Made by a program: the position numbers and the translations under genes. 64,000 nucleotides of DNA from Candidatus Binatia bacterium. GTDB lineage: Bacteria > Desulfobacterota > Binatia > Bin18. The notes under the pieces were generated by a model, which saw only the letters and a list, made by a program, of their open reading frames with translations, was not told the origin of the DNA and did not search any database. Location: positions 4,480,001-4,544,000 of the forward strand of contig OY761159.2 in assembly GCA_963664395.2 (NCBI GenBank), in the 5' to 3' direction. Position 1 is the first letter of the stretch. Every line of letters starts with the position of its first letter. Below, one piece after another: positions 20,901 to 31,151 of this stretch.

Positions 20901-21009
20901 ATTTGCCCTCAAAGGTCACCTGATAGGTGGCCGATTGCGCGTGGGCAATGGCGGCCTGCCCCACAATCAGCAGGAGAGCAAAAGTCACGAGCAGCATGTT
21001 TTTGTTCAT
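17986..21009 (-). CDS. Exported multidomain protein: spondin_N + PQQ-dependent sugar dehydrogenase (GSDH) beta-propeller + poly-Pro + PPC-like + two GYLENPG modules
   Basis: Signal peptide from ATG 21009 (ending AHA); HFSPLVGAVH, MIAPSPDWF, YDAGTE (spondin_N); PWDLAF, HGGCRLRFGPDG, YGHRNVQGL, EHGP..DDEIN (GSDH). Confidence 0.88.
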   Translation of the reverse strand: MNKNMLLVTFALLLIVGQAAIAHAQSATYQVTFEGKWTTTATPYGVPSGAHFSPLVGAVHNDQVIFWSSGGTASAGIESMAEVGGTSALKAEITAAGSNAGAVIEQSIPSGGTVAATVDFTVTATYPRVTLVTMIAPSPDWFAGVSGLSLLDAQGDWLASKTVELFPYDAGTEEGTEFSLNNTATSPQGTITSIKGIGKFSNEPVATLTFTLQAVAPEITVTTLVSGLNIPWDLAFTPDGTMLFTERGGKLSGRLTDGTVQTVTADFSDLFVLGESGLMAIIVDPDFASNRRFYTCQAHTGPEVQVIAWTLNAAYTAATRSVDPLVGGIPASATSGRHGGCRLRFGPDGYLWIATGDAAVGTTPQNLNSLGGKVLRVDASTGAGAPGNPFASSPLIYTYGHRNVQGLALRPGTRQMWSVEHGPTIDDEINLLVAGSNYGWDPVPGYNESVPMTDLVKFPNAIAAKWSSGDPTLATGGGIFLEGNGWGEWEGRLAVATLENKSLRVFEFTDDGTFVSQVVVPELDNTHGRLRTPMLGPAGALYVSTSNGNGQDKILKIVPVRPPPPPPPPPPPPPPPPPPSGGGGGGGGSRDRHGDTPAQATTVLLGESAPWASSTAGQINTADDIDYFEITLPQAGVLVVETSGSTDTVGTVWQDGEEVARAASGGERRNFWLSVRVAAGPVLVAVEGNGSRTGAYTLATALVVGYLENPGPDSFQSGIGVLSGWVCEAEEVEIAINGSSQPAAYRTERGDTENICGDTDNGFGLLFNWNLLGDGTHTVVAVVDGVEVGRATVTVTTLGEAFLRDVAGECVVEDFPMSGEQVTLRWQQPRQNFVLTDGAAPTGNNRTGNNRTGAADIGYLENPGPNSFQSGIGVLSGWVCAAEEVEIEIETERGEVERQVAAYGTERLDTQAVCGDTDNGFGLLFNWNRLGDGEHTVVAYVDDMELGRATVRVTTVGEGEEEEFLRGAEGKCVVDDFPMPGETVTLEWQQNSQNFVIVSHGPEEMGP

Positions 21010-21071
21010 GGGTGTATTGAGAGAACCGACTATTCTCCAACAGAATCGGAGCACTATCGAAGGCATAGCCA

Positions 21072-21560
21072 TCAGCCAACAAAGAGCGTGTAGGGTTTGC
21101 CGTTCAGATGGATAAGCTCTTGCGGCAGCAGCAGGCATTTTTCCTGAGAGAGCACCCGGCTGGCGATTTCCCGGTTAATGGCCGGTACCTGCTCCAACCG
21201 TTCAATCTGTTCCAGGGTCAGATACTCGGCGCGGTCAACCTCTTCCATATCGGGTGTGGGCTCACCGCTCAGCGGCGTCATCAGCAGGACGATATACAGA
21301 CTGTTGCCAATGTCGGGATCACACCGATTGCGCAGGCCAATGACGCCTTGCACCTCCCCGGTCACGCCGGCTTCCTCCCGGACCTCACGCACAACGGCCT
21401 GCTCAATGGTTTCGTCCGGCTCGACAAAGCCGCCCGGCACCTGCCAGTTCCCCCTGCCCCGCCGTGAGGCCCGACGCACGAGCAGGAGACGCTTGTCACG
21501 CACGACCGCACCACCAACGCCAAGGTTGTAACCGCGGTTATACCGTTCGGGGATGGGCAT
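21072..21560 (-). CDS. NUDIX hydrolase
   Basis: Nudix box GGFVEPDETIEQAVVREVREEAG. Confidence 0.95.
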   Translation of the reverse strand: MPIPERYNRGYNLGVGGAVVRDKRLLLVRRASRRGRGNWQVPGGFVEPDETIEQAVVREVREEAGVTGEVQGVIGLRNRCDPDIGNSLYIVLLMTPLSGEPTPDMEEVDRAEYLTLEQIERLEQVPAINREIASRVLSQEKCLLLPQELIHLNGKPYTLFVG

Positions 21561-21598
21561 AAAAATGAAGCGGGAGACGTAGGCTTCTCCCGGTAGAA

Positions 21599-22381
21599 TT
21601 ACGAAAGCACCATGGGCAGCCCGAGGTACTCGTTATACATAAAGTCCCGATGTTCGATCAGAGCTGGGTCGAGCGCTTTTTCAATCGCCGGATTCGGGAA
21701 CTCGAAGGCGGCGCGTAACACCTCAAGAATATTACAATGTTCGGGCGGAAGGGGTTTCATGAGGGCGCAAAACGTTGCCCAATAGAAGTCCAGGGCCGTG
21801 ACGTGTTCACCCATGAGGAAGCGATTGCCTTGTGCCTGCTCAGCTTTGAGGCGAGCGGACAGGAGAGTCAGAATATCCGTGGCCCGCTTGGTTGCCTCCG
21901 GTCCGACGCCGGGTCGATAGCCGTATTTTGCGCCCAGGTAGTGACCCATCTCGGCGGGAATGGGATAGTCCACAGCCGGGTCTATGGCGGCATCGCACAT
22001 CATGAGGCGAAGTACCCAGCCCAGGCCCATTTCCCCGCAGATTTCATGCGAAAGCCCGAACATCAGCGCACGTTGCTCCGGGTCAGCCGGGATGAGACTC
22101 GGTTCGGGTTGGAGACGTTCGAGCAAGAGCAGGATTTCCGCCCAGCCGGACCGCGGCGCTTCGTCTTCATACATGGCGGACGGCGCACTGTCCTCGCCCG
22201 TCCACTCGACCAGGGCTTTATTGGCCGGATCACCAGAATTGTAGAGTGTTGCGGTAAAGGGAATATTTTTGACCTTCAACATGCCTTTGACCGCTTCGCC
22301 CCACGGGCTCGGCGCATTGGCCACAAACGTCAGGCGCAGACCCGATGCCTGCTTCGCTTCTTCCAGACTCACAAACTGCAT
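21599..22381 (-). CDS. Glutathione S-transferase-like protein
   Basis: PSPWGEAVK N-terminal motif, SAP...SGWAEIL, FLMGEHVTALDFYWA; ATG at 22381 after GGAGGA. Confidence 0.75.
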   Translation of the reverse strand: MQFVSLEEAKQASGLRLTFVANAPSPWGEAVKGMLKVKNIPFTATLYNSGDPANKALVEWTGEDSAPSAMYEDEAPRSGWAEILLLLERLQPEPSLIPADPEQRALMFGLSHEICGEMGLGWVLRLMMCDAAIDPAVDYPIPAEMGHYLGAKYGYRPGVGPEATKRATDILTLLSARLKAEQAQGNRFLMGEHVTALDFYWATFCALMKPLPPEHCNILEVLRAAFEFPNPAIEKALDPALIEHRDFMYNEYLGLPMVLS

Positions 22382-22491
22382 ACTATCCTCCTTCGCTTCA
22401 TTCGGATGACGCGGCATTCTACCGGAATGGCGCGTCACGCGCGACACGTGGAGGCTTGATCTCCATCTCTCCCGCCGTTAGCTTCGAGCCC

Positions 22492-23025
22492 ATGCCAACA
22501 CCGGCCATTACGCGCAACCCGTTGTCCTGGTTTTTGCTTCTCGGCTTGATCCTCAGCGGATTTTTGACCTGGCTGATTTACTATAAGCCGGCGGCCACGG
22601 CAGAGGGAGAGTGGGTGACGTATCTCCCGGCGGCCAACTCCTGCTTCAATGCCCTGTGTGCTTGCTGTTTGACTGCGGGGTTTGTCAATATCAAACGCGG
22701 TAACCGGGAACGACACATGCGCTGCATGCTGGCCGCGCTTGTGTTCTCAGTCCTCTTTCTGGCGAGTTATATCGTCTATCACCATTTTCATGGCGATACC
22801 GCTTTTCCCGGCCAGGGGCCGATTCGTCTGCTGTATTTTTTCATCTTGATCAGCCACATCGTCCTCTCCGTTGTCGCCCTGCCCCTGGTCTTTACGACCT
22901 TATACTATGCGGCCCGCGGCCAGTTTGAGTCACACAAAAAGATAGCCCGCTATACCTTCCCGATCTGGCTCTATGTCTCGGTCACCGGCGTGCTCGTTTT
23001 CTTTTTTCTCAGAGCCTATACGTGA
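22492..23025 (+). CDS. DUF420 family membrane protein
   Basis: LPAANSCFN, H..CML.A..FS.LFL.SY.VYH, YFFILISHI, HKKIARYTFPIWLYVSVTG. Confidence 0.9.
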   Translation: MPTPAITRNPLSWFLLLGLILSGFLTWLIYYKPAATAEGEWVTYLPAANSCFNALCACCLTAGFVNIKRGNRERHMRCMLAALVFSVLFLASYIVYHHFHGDTAFPGQGPIRLLYFFILISHIVLSVVALPLVFTTLYYAARGQFESHKKIARYTFPIWLYVSVTGVLVFFFLRAYT

Positions 23026-23027
23026 GT

Positions 23028-23222
23028 AGGGGCAACCCACCCCGGCCCTTCGGGCCACCCTCTCCCACAGGGGGCGAGGGTAAAAAAAGCCCTTCTCCCG
23101 CTGGGAGAGGGGTTGGAGTGAAGGCAAAGCCGCCTGCCAGCCGTCGGGCAATCTAATTTGCATCACCCCTCCTTGGAGGCCTGTCCTGAGCCCAGTCGAA
23201 GGGGCGGGGTGGGTTGTCCCCT
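23028..23222. repeat. Composite REP/REPIN-like palindromic element
   Basis: AGGGGCAACCCACCCC at the left pairs with GGGGTGGGTTGTCCCCT at the right; internal CCCTCTCCC..GAGGG hairpins and a CCTGTCCTGAGCCCAGTCGAAGG motif. Confidence 0.75.
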
Positions 23223-23250
23223 GCCCGCATGCACGGTCGCCGCGCTCCTC

Positions 23251-25758
<2,508 letters not shown>

Positions 25759-25859
25759 GGCGTCACTTTAACCCCATCCTGCCACGTATGCCCCCCTAAA
25801 ATGGGAGGAATCGCCGCACTGGCGGGACCGTATCTGGCCGAGGCGGGCTTCTCCGGGGC

Positions 25860-26076
25860 GTGGTGGCGGCAGGTGGGCGAGACCATCAACGGCCATCTCA
25901 TCCGCACCTTTGGCTTACACTTTCCGGGGGCACGCACGAAACGCGGCCTCCTCACCCACATCGCGGCCAAGCTGCTCGCTGTTAATGTCGGGCTCTGGCT
26001 CAATCTCCTCATCTTCGGCCGGCCCCCTTGGGCCTTTGCCACCCTCTTCCCCTGCTAATAATTCACATCACACGTC
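25860..26076 (+). mobile_element. IS982-like transposase 3' remnant with probable right end
   Basis: RQVGETINGHLIRTFGLHFPGARTKRGLLTHIAAKLLAVNVGLWLN..FGRP..AFATLF resembles the C-terminus of IS982-family transposases; followed by TAATTCACATCACACGT; no N-terminal part. Confidence 0.6.
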
Positions 26077-26098
26077 CACGGAGGGGAGCGGAACATAT

Positions 26099-26151
26099 CC
26101 CCTCTTGAGAGGCCTGTCCTGAGCCCAGTCGAAGCGGCGGGGTAGGTTGTC
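26099..26151. repeat. REP-like element, direct repeat of 23166-23218
   Basis: 26-bp identical core GAGGCCTGTCCTGAGCCCAGTCGAAG at 23176-23201 and 26109-26134 with similar flanks. Confidence 0.88.
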
Positions 26152-26179
26152 GGGTCCCACCGGCTTGCAACGCAGGCGG

Positions 26180-28447
26180 TTATGAGTGCAGCGTGATCGG
26201 CTCAAGCGCATCACTCTGAGCAGTGACCTCGCCTATAATAGCCGCGTCCTGATAGCCCAGAGCCCGAAGCTCCTGCAGACACGTCGGCGCGCGGTCAGCC
26301 GGGATACTGGCCAGGAGTCCACCGGCGGTCTGCGGATCAAACAGGAGCGCATAGTGCGGATGCTGCGCCGCACGTTCAACCTCACGAATAGCCCGCCGCA
26401 GCCGAATGTTCTGCGGTTGCAGGGACGAAAAAATTCCCTGCTGAACGACCTCCAGCGCGCCGGGCAGGATCGGGAGCTGTTCCATATTGAGGGCAACGTC
26501 AACAGCCGAGGCGCGGACCATTTCCATCAAATGGCCGAGTAAGCCGAATCCGGTCACGTCGGTCATGGCGGTTGCGCCGTGCTGACGCAGGCAGTCTGCT
26601 CCGGCCCGATTTGACTGCCGCATGGAGGCCAGCGCGGCTTCGATCCAGCGGCCTTTAGCTTTTTGCCGCATGTCCGCGGCAAACAACACGCCGGTGCCCA
26701 ACGCCTTGGTCAGGATCAGAGCCTGTCCCGGCTGCATGCCACTTTTTTTCAGCACGGATTCCTGACTTACCAGGCCGTTGATTGCAAATCCAAGTGCCAG
26801 TTCGCTGCCTTCGCTGGTATGCCCTCCGACAAGGGCCGTCTGTTCCTGGTTAAGAACCTCCAAGGCCCCGGCCATGAGCTGCGTGAGCTGGTCCTGTACC
26901 TTGTCTTCCAACCCATACGGAATGGTGACCATGGCCAGAGCGGTCTGCGGCTCGGCACCCATAGCAAAGATGTCACCCAGGGCATGGGTGGCCGCGATTT
27001 GGCCAAAGACAAACGGGTCTTCAATAAAAGCCCGAAAAAAATCAACGGTCTGCACCACCGCTTTTCCGGGTGGAACCGTAACCACGGCCGCATCGTCCGG
27101 TGCGTGCAAGCCAACGATAACGTCGGAACGGTCAACCGGCTCAAGACGCGCCAGGGCCCGATTCAGGACGGTGCTGCCGACCTTGGAGCCGCAGCCACCA
27201 CAGCGCATGGCGAAAGCGGAAATCTCTTTGAGGACGTGCGCGTCGGCCAGTCCCTGCTCTACCCGAGCCGGCTCAGCTTCGGGCATGTCCGGCAGCTCGT
27301 TGTATTTGCGGATAAAGCGCCGGTCGATCCAGTCCTTCCACCCCCAGACCCACTTGCCTTCACCCGCCCAGCGCGACCGTGAGGCCACCGCATATTGGTC
27401 TCCGGTAGAGATCAGGCTCAGAAACTGCTTTTGCGGCACAAAGGCTTTGACCGCTTGGCCACGCAGGAAGCGGCGCAGATTCTTGGCCAGCGGCGGGCCT
27501 TGCCGCACGGCGAACACGCCCGATTTTGGGCGGGTATAGTTGACCACCGCGGCGATATCCCCGGCGGCAAAGACCTCGGGATGGGAAACGGACTGGAGCG
27601 TATCCTGCACGGAGATAAAACCCTGCTCGTCCGTCGCCAGCCCGGACTCCCCCGGCCAGTCGGCGGCGCCGGCCGTGGTGACCCACAGAATCTCATCCAG
27701 AGCGAGTTGGGTATCATCAGCAAAACGAATGCATCCCTCGGTAGCGCCGGTGACGAGACAATCCGTTCGGACCTCAACTCCACGCTGCGTGAGAATGCGC
27801 CGAAACGCGGCGCGGACGCGCGGGTTGTGGGTCGGCAGAATCTCGGACGCCGCGCTAATGAGGGAAAAAACAAGATGGTCGGCCGACCGCTTTTGCTGGG
27901 CGAGCAGGTGTTCGAGACGATATTGGACGGCCAGCAAGAGTTCCACACTCCCGGCTCCGCCGCCGATGACACCGATAGTCGTGCGTTCGGTGCGAGCCAG
28001 ACAGCGCTCTCGCAGCTTTTCCCACTGCCGCCAAAAACCGTCTATAGGCTTGACGGCCACACCGGTGTGCGTAGCACCGGGGATATGCGCAATGGCAGGC
28101 GTCGCCCCGATATTAATGGACAGCACATCATAGGCTACGGGCGGGCGGTTGCGACACACAACCTGCTTGTTCGCCAGGTCCAGACCGGTTACCTCATCAT
28201 GAAAAAATCGTGCCTCAGCAAACCGGGACAGCGGCCCAAGATCGATATGGGCCTGATCGAAGCTATAATGTCCGGCAATATAGCCGGGTAACATGCCGGA
28301 ATATGGCGCGTGGCTATCCCGGCAAATCAGCGTCACGCGCACGCCCGGCAGCGGCTTCATCCCAAATTGTTTCAGCACCGTGACATGACTGTGACCGCCG
28401 CCAATGAGGACCAAGTCTTTGACTACCGGAGTGTGTGTCGTCCTCAC
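26180..28447 (-). CDS. selD: FAD-dependent oxidoreductase - selenide,water dikinase (SelD) fusion
   Basis: N-terminal [33 protein letters not shown]; C-terminal [57 protein letters not shown]. Confidence 0.93.
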   Translation of the reverse strand: MRTTHTPVVKDLVLIGGGHSHVTVLKQFGMKPLPGVRVTLICRDSHAPYSGMLPGYIAGHYSFDQAHIDLGPLSRFAEARFFHDEVTGLDLANKQVVCRNRPPVAYDVLSINIGATPAIAHIPGATHTGVAVKPIDGFWRQWEKLRERCLARTERTTIGVIGGGAGSVELLLAVQYRLEHLLAQQKRSADHLVFSLISAASEILPTHNPRVRAAFRRILTQRGVEVRTDCLVTGATEGCIRFADDTQLALDEILWVTTAGAADWPGESGLATDEQGFISVQDTLQSVSHPEVFAAGDIAAVVNYTRPKSGVFAVRQGPPLAKNLRRFLRGQAVKAFVPQKQFLSLISTGDQYAVASRSRWAGEGKWVWGWKDWIDRRFIRKYNELPDMPEAEPARVEQGLADAHVLKEISAFAMRCGGCGSKVGSTVLNRALARLEPVDRSDVIVGLHAPDDAAVVTVPPGKAVVQTVDFFRAFIEDPFVFGQIAATHALGDIFAMGAEPQTALAMVTIPYGLEDKVQDQLTQLMAGALEVLNQEQTALVGGHTSEGSELALGFAINGLVSQESVLKKSGMQPGQALILTKALGTGVLFAADMRQKAKGRWIEAALASMRQSNRAGADCLRQHGATAMTDVTGFGLLGHLMEMVRASAVDVALNMEQLPILPGALEVVQQGIFSSLQPQNIRLRRAIREVERAAQHPHYALLFDPQTAGGLLASIPADRAPTCLQELRALGYQDAAIIGEVTAQSDALEPITLHS

Positions 28448-28470
28448 AAAAGATATCCTTCAGTGCGGCA

Positions 28471-28577
28471 GGAACCCACCCCACCGCTACGCGGCACCCC
28501 TCCGGGGAGGGGATAATCAGGACCACCCCTCCTCGGAGGGGCGGTCCTGAGCTTGTCGAAGGGCCGGGGTGGGTTCC
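28471..28577. repeat. REPIN-like inverted doublet
   Basis: GGAACCCACCCC...CCCCTCCGGGGAGGGG / CCCCTCCTCGGAGGGG...GTCCTGAGCTTGTCGAAGG...GGGGTGGGTTCC; related to the 23166 and 26099 elements. Confidence 0.8.
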
Positions 28578-28604
28578 CGGCCTGAAGTAAAACACGCGGT
28601 GATG

Positions 28605-30677
28605 CTATTCTCGCCGCAAGAGAAGATTGCCGCTCACGTCATGCCGGACTGTCCAGTCGGGCGGAACAACCACCGTAGTATCCGGTTCTTCCACAATAAG
28701 GGGGCCACTTTGGACCTGTTTAATATCAGTGCGCTGATATATCGCGGCCTCGCACTCGCCCGCCTGCGGGCCGAAATACGCCGTGCGTGAAGCAGTGCCC
28801 GAAGATGGAGAAGCAGCATCACTCCCGCTCCCGTGACCATCCGCGCCAGTGAGATCAGTAAAACGCAGGTGTCCGGAGGAGGCCAAGGCTCGCAGACGGA
28901 CGCTGACCAGCTCAATCGTATCGGCTCGATCATAGCCGAATGCCTGCCTGTGGGCTTCAGTGAATAGGTGTGCCAATCGGTCCTGCATGGCGTCCTCAGT
29001 CACTTCAGGAAACGGCAGAGTCAGCTCCGCCACTTGATAGCCATACTTGAGATCGACCTGGCGCTCAAAGCGAACCTGATCTGCGGCAATACCTTCTTGG
29101 ACTAACTCGGCCCGGGCCTGCGTCTCAAGCTCCTCGTATTGGCGCAGTACGGTCCGCGGAGCGACCTGATCCAAAGCCAGGGCCACGCTGCGAATATAGT
29201 CGTGGCGATAATCCGCCAGTAATAACCCGAGGGCACTGAATAAGCCCGGATAGAGCGGAATCTGAACCCGCGTCATGCTCAGACTGTCTGCCAGCGCGGC
29301 GGCATGCATCGGCCCGGCCCCGCCAAACGCAACCAAGGTAAAGGCACGCGGGTCTCGGCCGCGTTCGGTCGAGACGGCCCGCAGGGCGCGCATCATGGTC
29401 GCGTTTGCCACCTGCGTGATGCCATAGGCCGCGGCCTGGACTTCCATATTGAGCGGTCGGGCGATTTTTTGCGCAATCGCGGTCCAGGCGGCCTGGCGGT
29501 CGATGGTCAGAGTTGCCCCAGCGATAGCGTCGGGATTCATATAGCCGAGCACCACATTGGCATCAGTCACGGTCGGCTCGGTTCCGCCCCGACCATAACA
29601 GGCCGGACCAGGGTCCGCGCTCGCACTCTGGGGGCCGACCCGTAATGCGCCGCCTTCATCTATCCAGGCAATACTGCCCCCGCCGGCTCCAACTTCCACG
29701 ATATCAAGCGAGGGGACGCGCAGGGCATGCCCGCCCCCGCCGAACAAGCGCGTGGTCGTGGTTGCGCCGCCACCGATCTCACCGCCGGGCTTTTCGAGTG
29801 GCACGCCGTTTTCAATCAGGCAGGCTTTCGCGGTCGTCCCACCCATGTCAAACGATAACACTTGATCCTGCTGCGTCTCTTGGGCAAAGCGCGCCGCGGC
29901 CAGCACGCCGGCAGCCGGACCCGATTCAATCATATACGCGGGCCGGCGCCGGGCGGCTTGGGCGCTCATGATGCCGCCGTTGGACTGCATAATCAGGACG
30001 CGCTCGCTATAGGTCGAAAGGTGCTGTTCCAGTCGGGTGAGATAGCGATCAACAACCGGAATCAGTGACGCATTAATGACGGTCGTGCTGGTGCGTTCAT
30101 ACTCGCGAATCTCGGGATGGATATCGCACGACAGACACACCACCGTATCCGGCGCCGCTTCGGCGATGAGCTGTCCAAGCTGCCGTTCGTGGGTCGGATT
30201 GAGATACGAGTTCACCAGGCAAACGGCGATCGCTTCGACACCAGCGGCCAGAAGCTGTTGGATCATGGCCCTGGCTTGCACAGGATCAAGCGAACGCTCG
30301 ACACTACCATTGCCTAAAATTCGCTCCTGAACTTCCAAACGCAGCGAACGGGGCACGAGCGGGGGCAGACGGTCCCAGTCCGCATCGTAGATATTGGGCC
30401 GGCGCTGCCCGCGCATTTCGAGTTCGTCCCGAAAGCCCTGGGTGGTAATCAGTCCGGTCCGCGCGGTGGTGTCTTCGATTACGGCGTTCGAGGCAATGGT
30501 TGTGCCGTGGACGAAGCCCTCGACCTGGGCCTGCGCATCGACCTCGCGCACACATTGGACGATGTCTTCGCCAACCCGGTCGAGCAGCGAGAGCACTTTT
30601 GTGGTAGACAGGCGTCCATCGTCGCCAACCACAATGACATCCGTAAATGTTCCACCGATATCAAAGCCTATACGCAT
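28605..30677 (-). CDS. Hydantoinase/oxoprolinase subunit A family
   Basis: DIGGTFTD, HGTTIASNA, IESGPAAG, FDMGGTT, VGAGGGSIA, PTVTDAN, AFGGAGPMH; start ATG 30677. Confidence 0.95.
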   Translation of the reverse strand: MRIGFDIGGTFTDVIVVGDDGRLSTTKVLSLLDRVGEDIVQCVREVDAQAQVEGFVHGTTIASNAVIEDTTARTGLITTQGFRDELEMRGQRRPNIYDADWDRLPPLVPRSLRLEVQERILGNGSVERSLDPVQARAMIQQLLAAGVEAIAVCLVNSYLNPTHERQLGQLIAEAAPDTVVCLSCDIHPEIREYERTSTTVINASLIPVVDRYLTRLEQHLSTYSERVLIMQSNGGIMSAQAARRRPAYMIESGPAAGVLAAARFAQETQQDQVLSFDMGGTTAKACLIENGVPLEKPGGEIGGGATTTTRLFGGGGHALRVPSLDIVEVGAGGGSIAWIDEGGALRVGPQSASADPGPACYGRGGTEPTVTDANVVLGYMNPDAIAGATLTIDRQAAWTAIAQKIARPLNMEVQAAAYGITQVANATMMRALRAVSTERGRDPRAFTLVAFGGAGPMHAAALADSLSMTRVQIPLYPGLFSALGLLLADYRHDYIRSVALALDQVAPRTVLRQYEELETQARAELVQEGIAADQVRFERQVDLKYGYQVAELTLPFPEVTEDAMQDRLAHLFTEAHRQAFGYDRADTIELVSVRLRALASSGHLRFTDLTGADGHGSGSDAASPSSGTASRTAYFGPQAGECEAAIYQRTDIKQVQSGPLIVEEPDTTVVVPPDWTVRHDVSGNLLLRRE

Positions 30678-30742
30678 GGAGAGGCTATACCATATCGAAT
30701 CGTCTATCCAAACGGTGTATGCTTTATTGAAGGCAGCGAGAA

Positions 30743-30947
30743 ATGAGAATTCTCCACAACGAGAAGCAGAAAGATAATGTAGCGAAATTCTTTTGGGATG
30801 CTGCCAAGATTGCTCTGGCAGCACTCGTTCTTGGACCCATCGCCAAGCCAGAAGTTCTCCAACCCTGGTATTGGCCTTGGGGTACTTGCGACCTTCGCAT
30901 TTGCGCTTCTCGGTTACTTATTTGATGGAATGGAGGTTTCTTCATGA
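30743..30947 (+). pseudogene. Small two-helix membrane protein (DUF6722-like), frameshifted near 30866
   Basis: KQKDNVAKFFWDAAKIALAALVLGP, then the shifted frame gives GIGLGVLATFAFALLGYLFDGMEVSS* ending in an ATGA overlap with the next ORF. Confidence 0.55.
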
Positions 30948-31054
30948 ACCCATTAGGCATCGTCTTTCTCGTGATGCTAGGCATTGCCGCTGTAGGATTT
31001 CTCATTTTCTTTCTGGATAGCGGATTACGCCGGAAGGAACGACAATCCGAGTAG
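30944..31054 (+). CDS. 36-aa single-pass membrane peptide
   Basis: MNPLGIVFLVMLGIAAVGFLIFFLDSGLRRKERQSE; GGAGG RBS; translationally coupled to the upstream small gene; below the ORF-track cutoff. Confidence 0.6.
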   Translation: MNPLGIVFLVMLGIAAVGFLIFFLDSGLRRKERQSE

Positions 31055-31092
31055 GGGGAGCGTATCCGGGCTAAAACCGAGCTTTGCACGTT

Positions 31093-31129
31093 CCCTCACC
31101 CCGGCCCTCTCCCCTGAGGGGAGAGGGAG
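31093..31129. repeat. REP-like palindrome, family CCCTCACCCCxGCCCTCTCCC..GGGAGAGGG
   Basis: Same family at 37351-37387, 38525-38561 and 51017-51053. Confidence 0.85.
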
Positions 31130-31151
31130 ATGGGAAACGCCCGACCCTCGA

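Noticed and set aside
14061-21196. Classical integron with attC sites
   Set aside because: No IntI-like gene, and the repeats are protein-coding NUDIX fragments without RYYYAAC/GTTRRRY attC ends.
27180-27210. Selenocysteine in SelD
   Set aside because: The active-site motif is encoded with Cys codons (MRCGGCGSK); no in-frame TGA.
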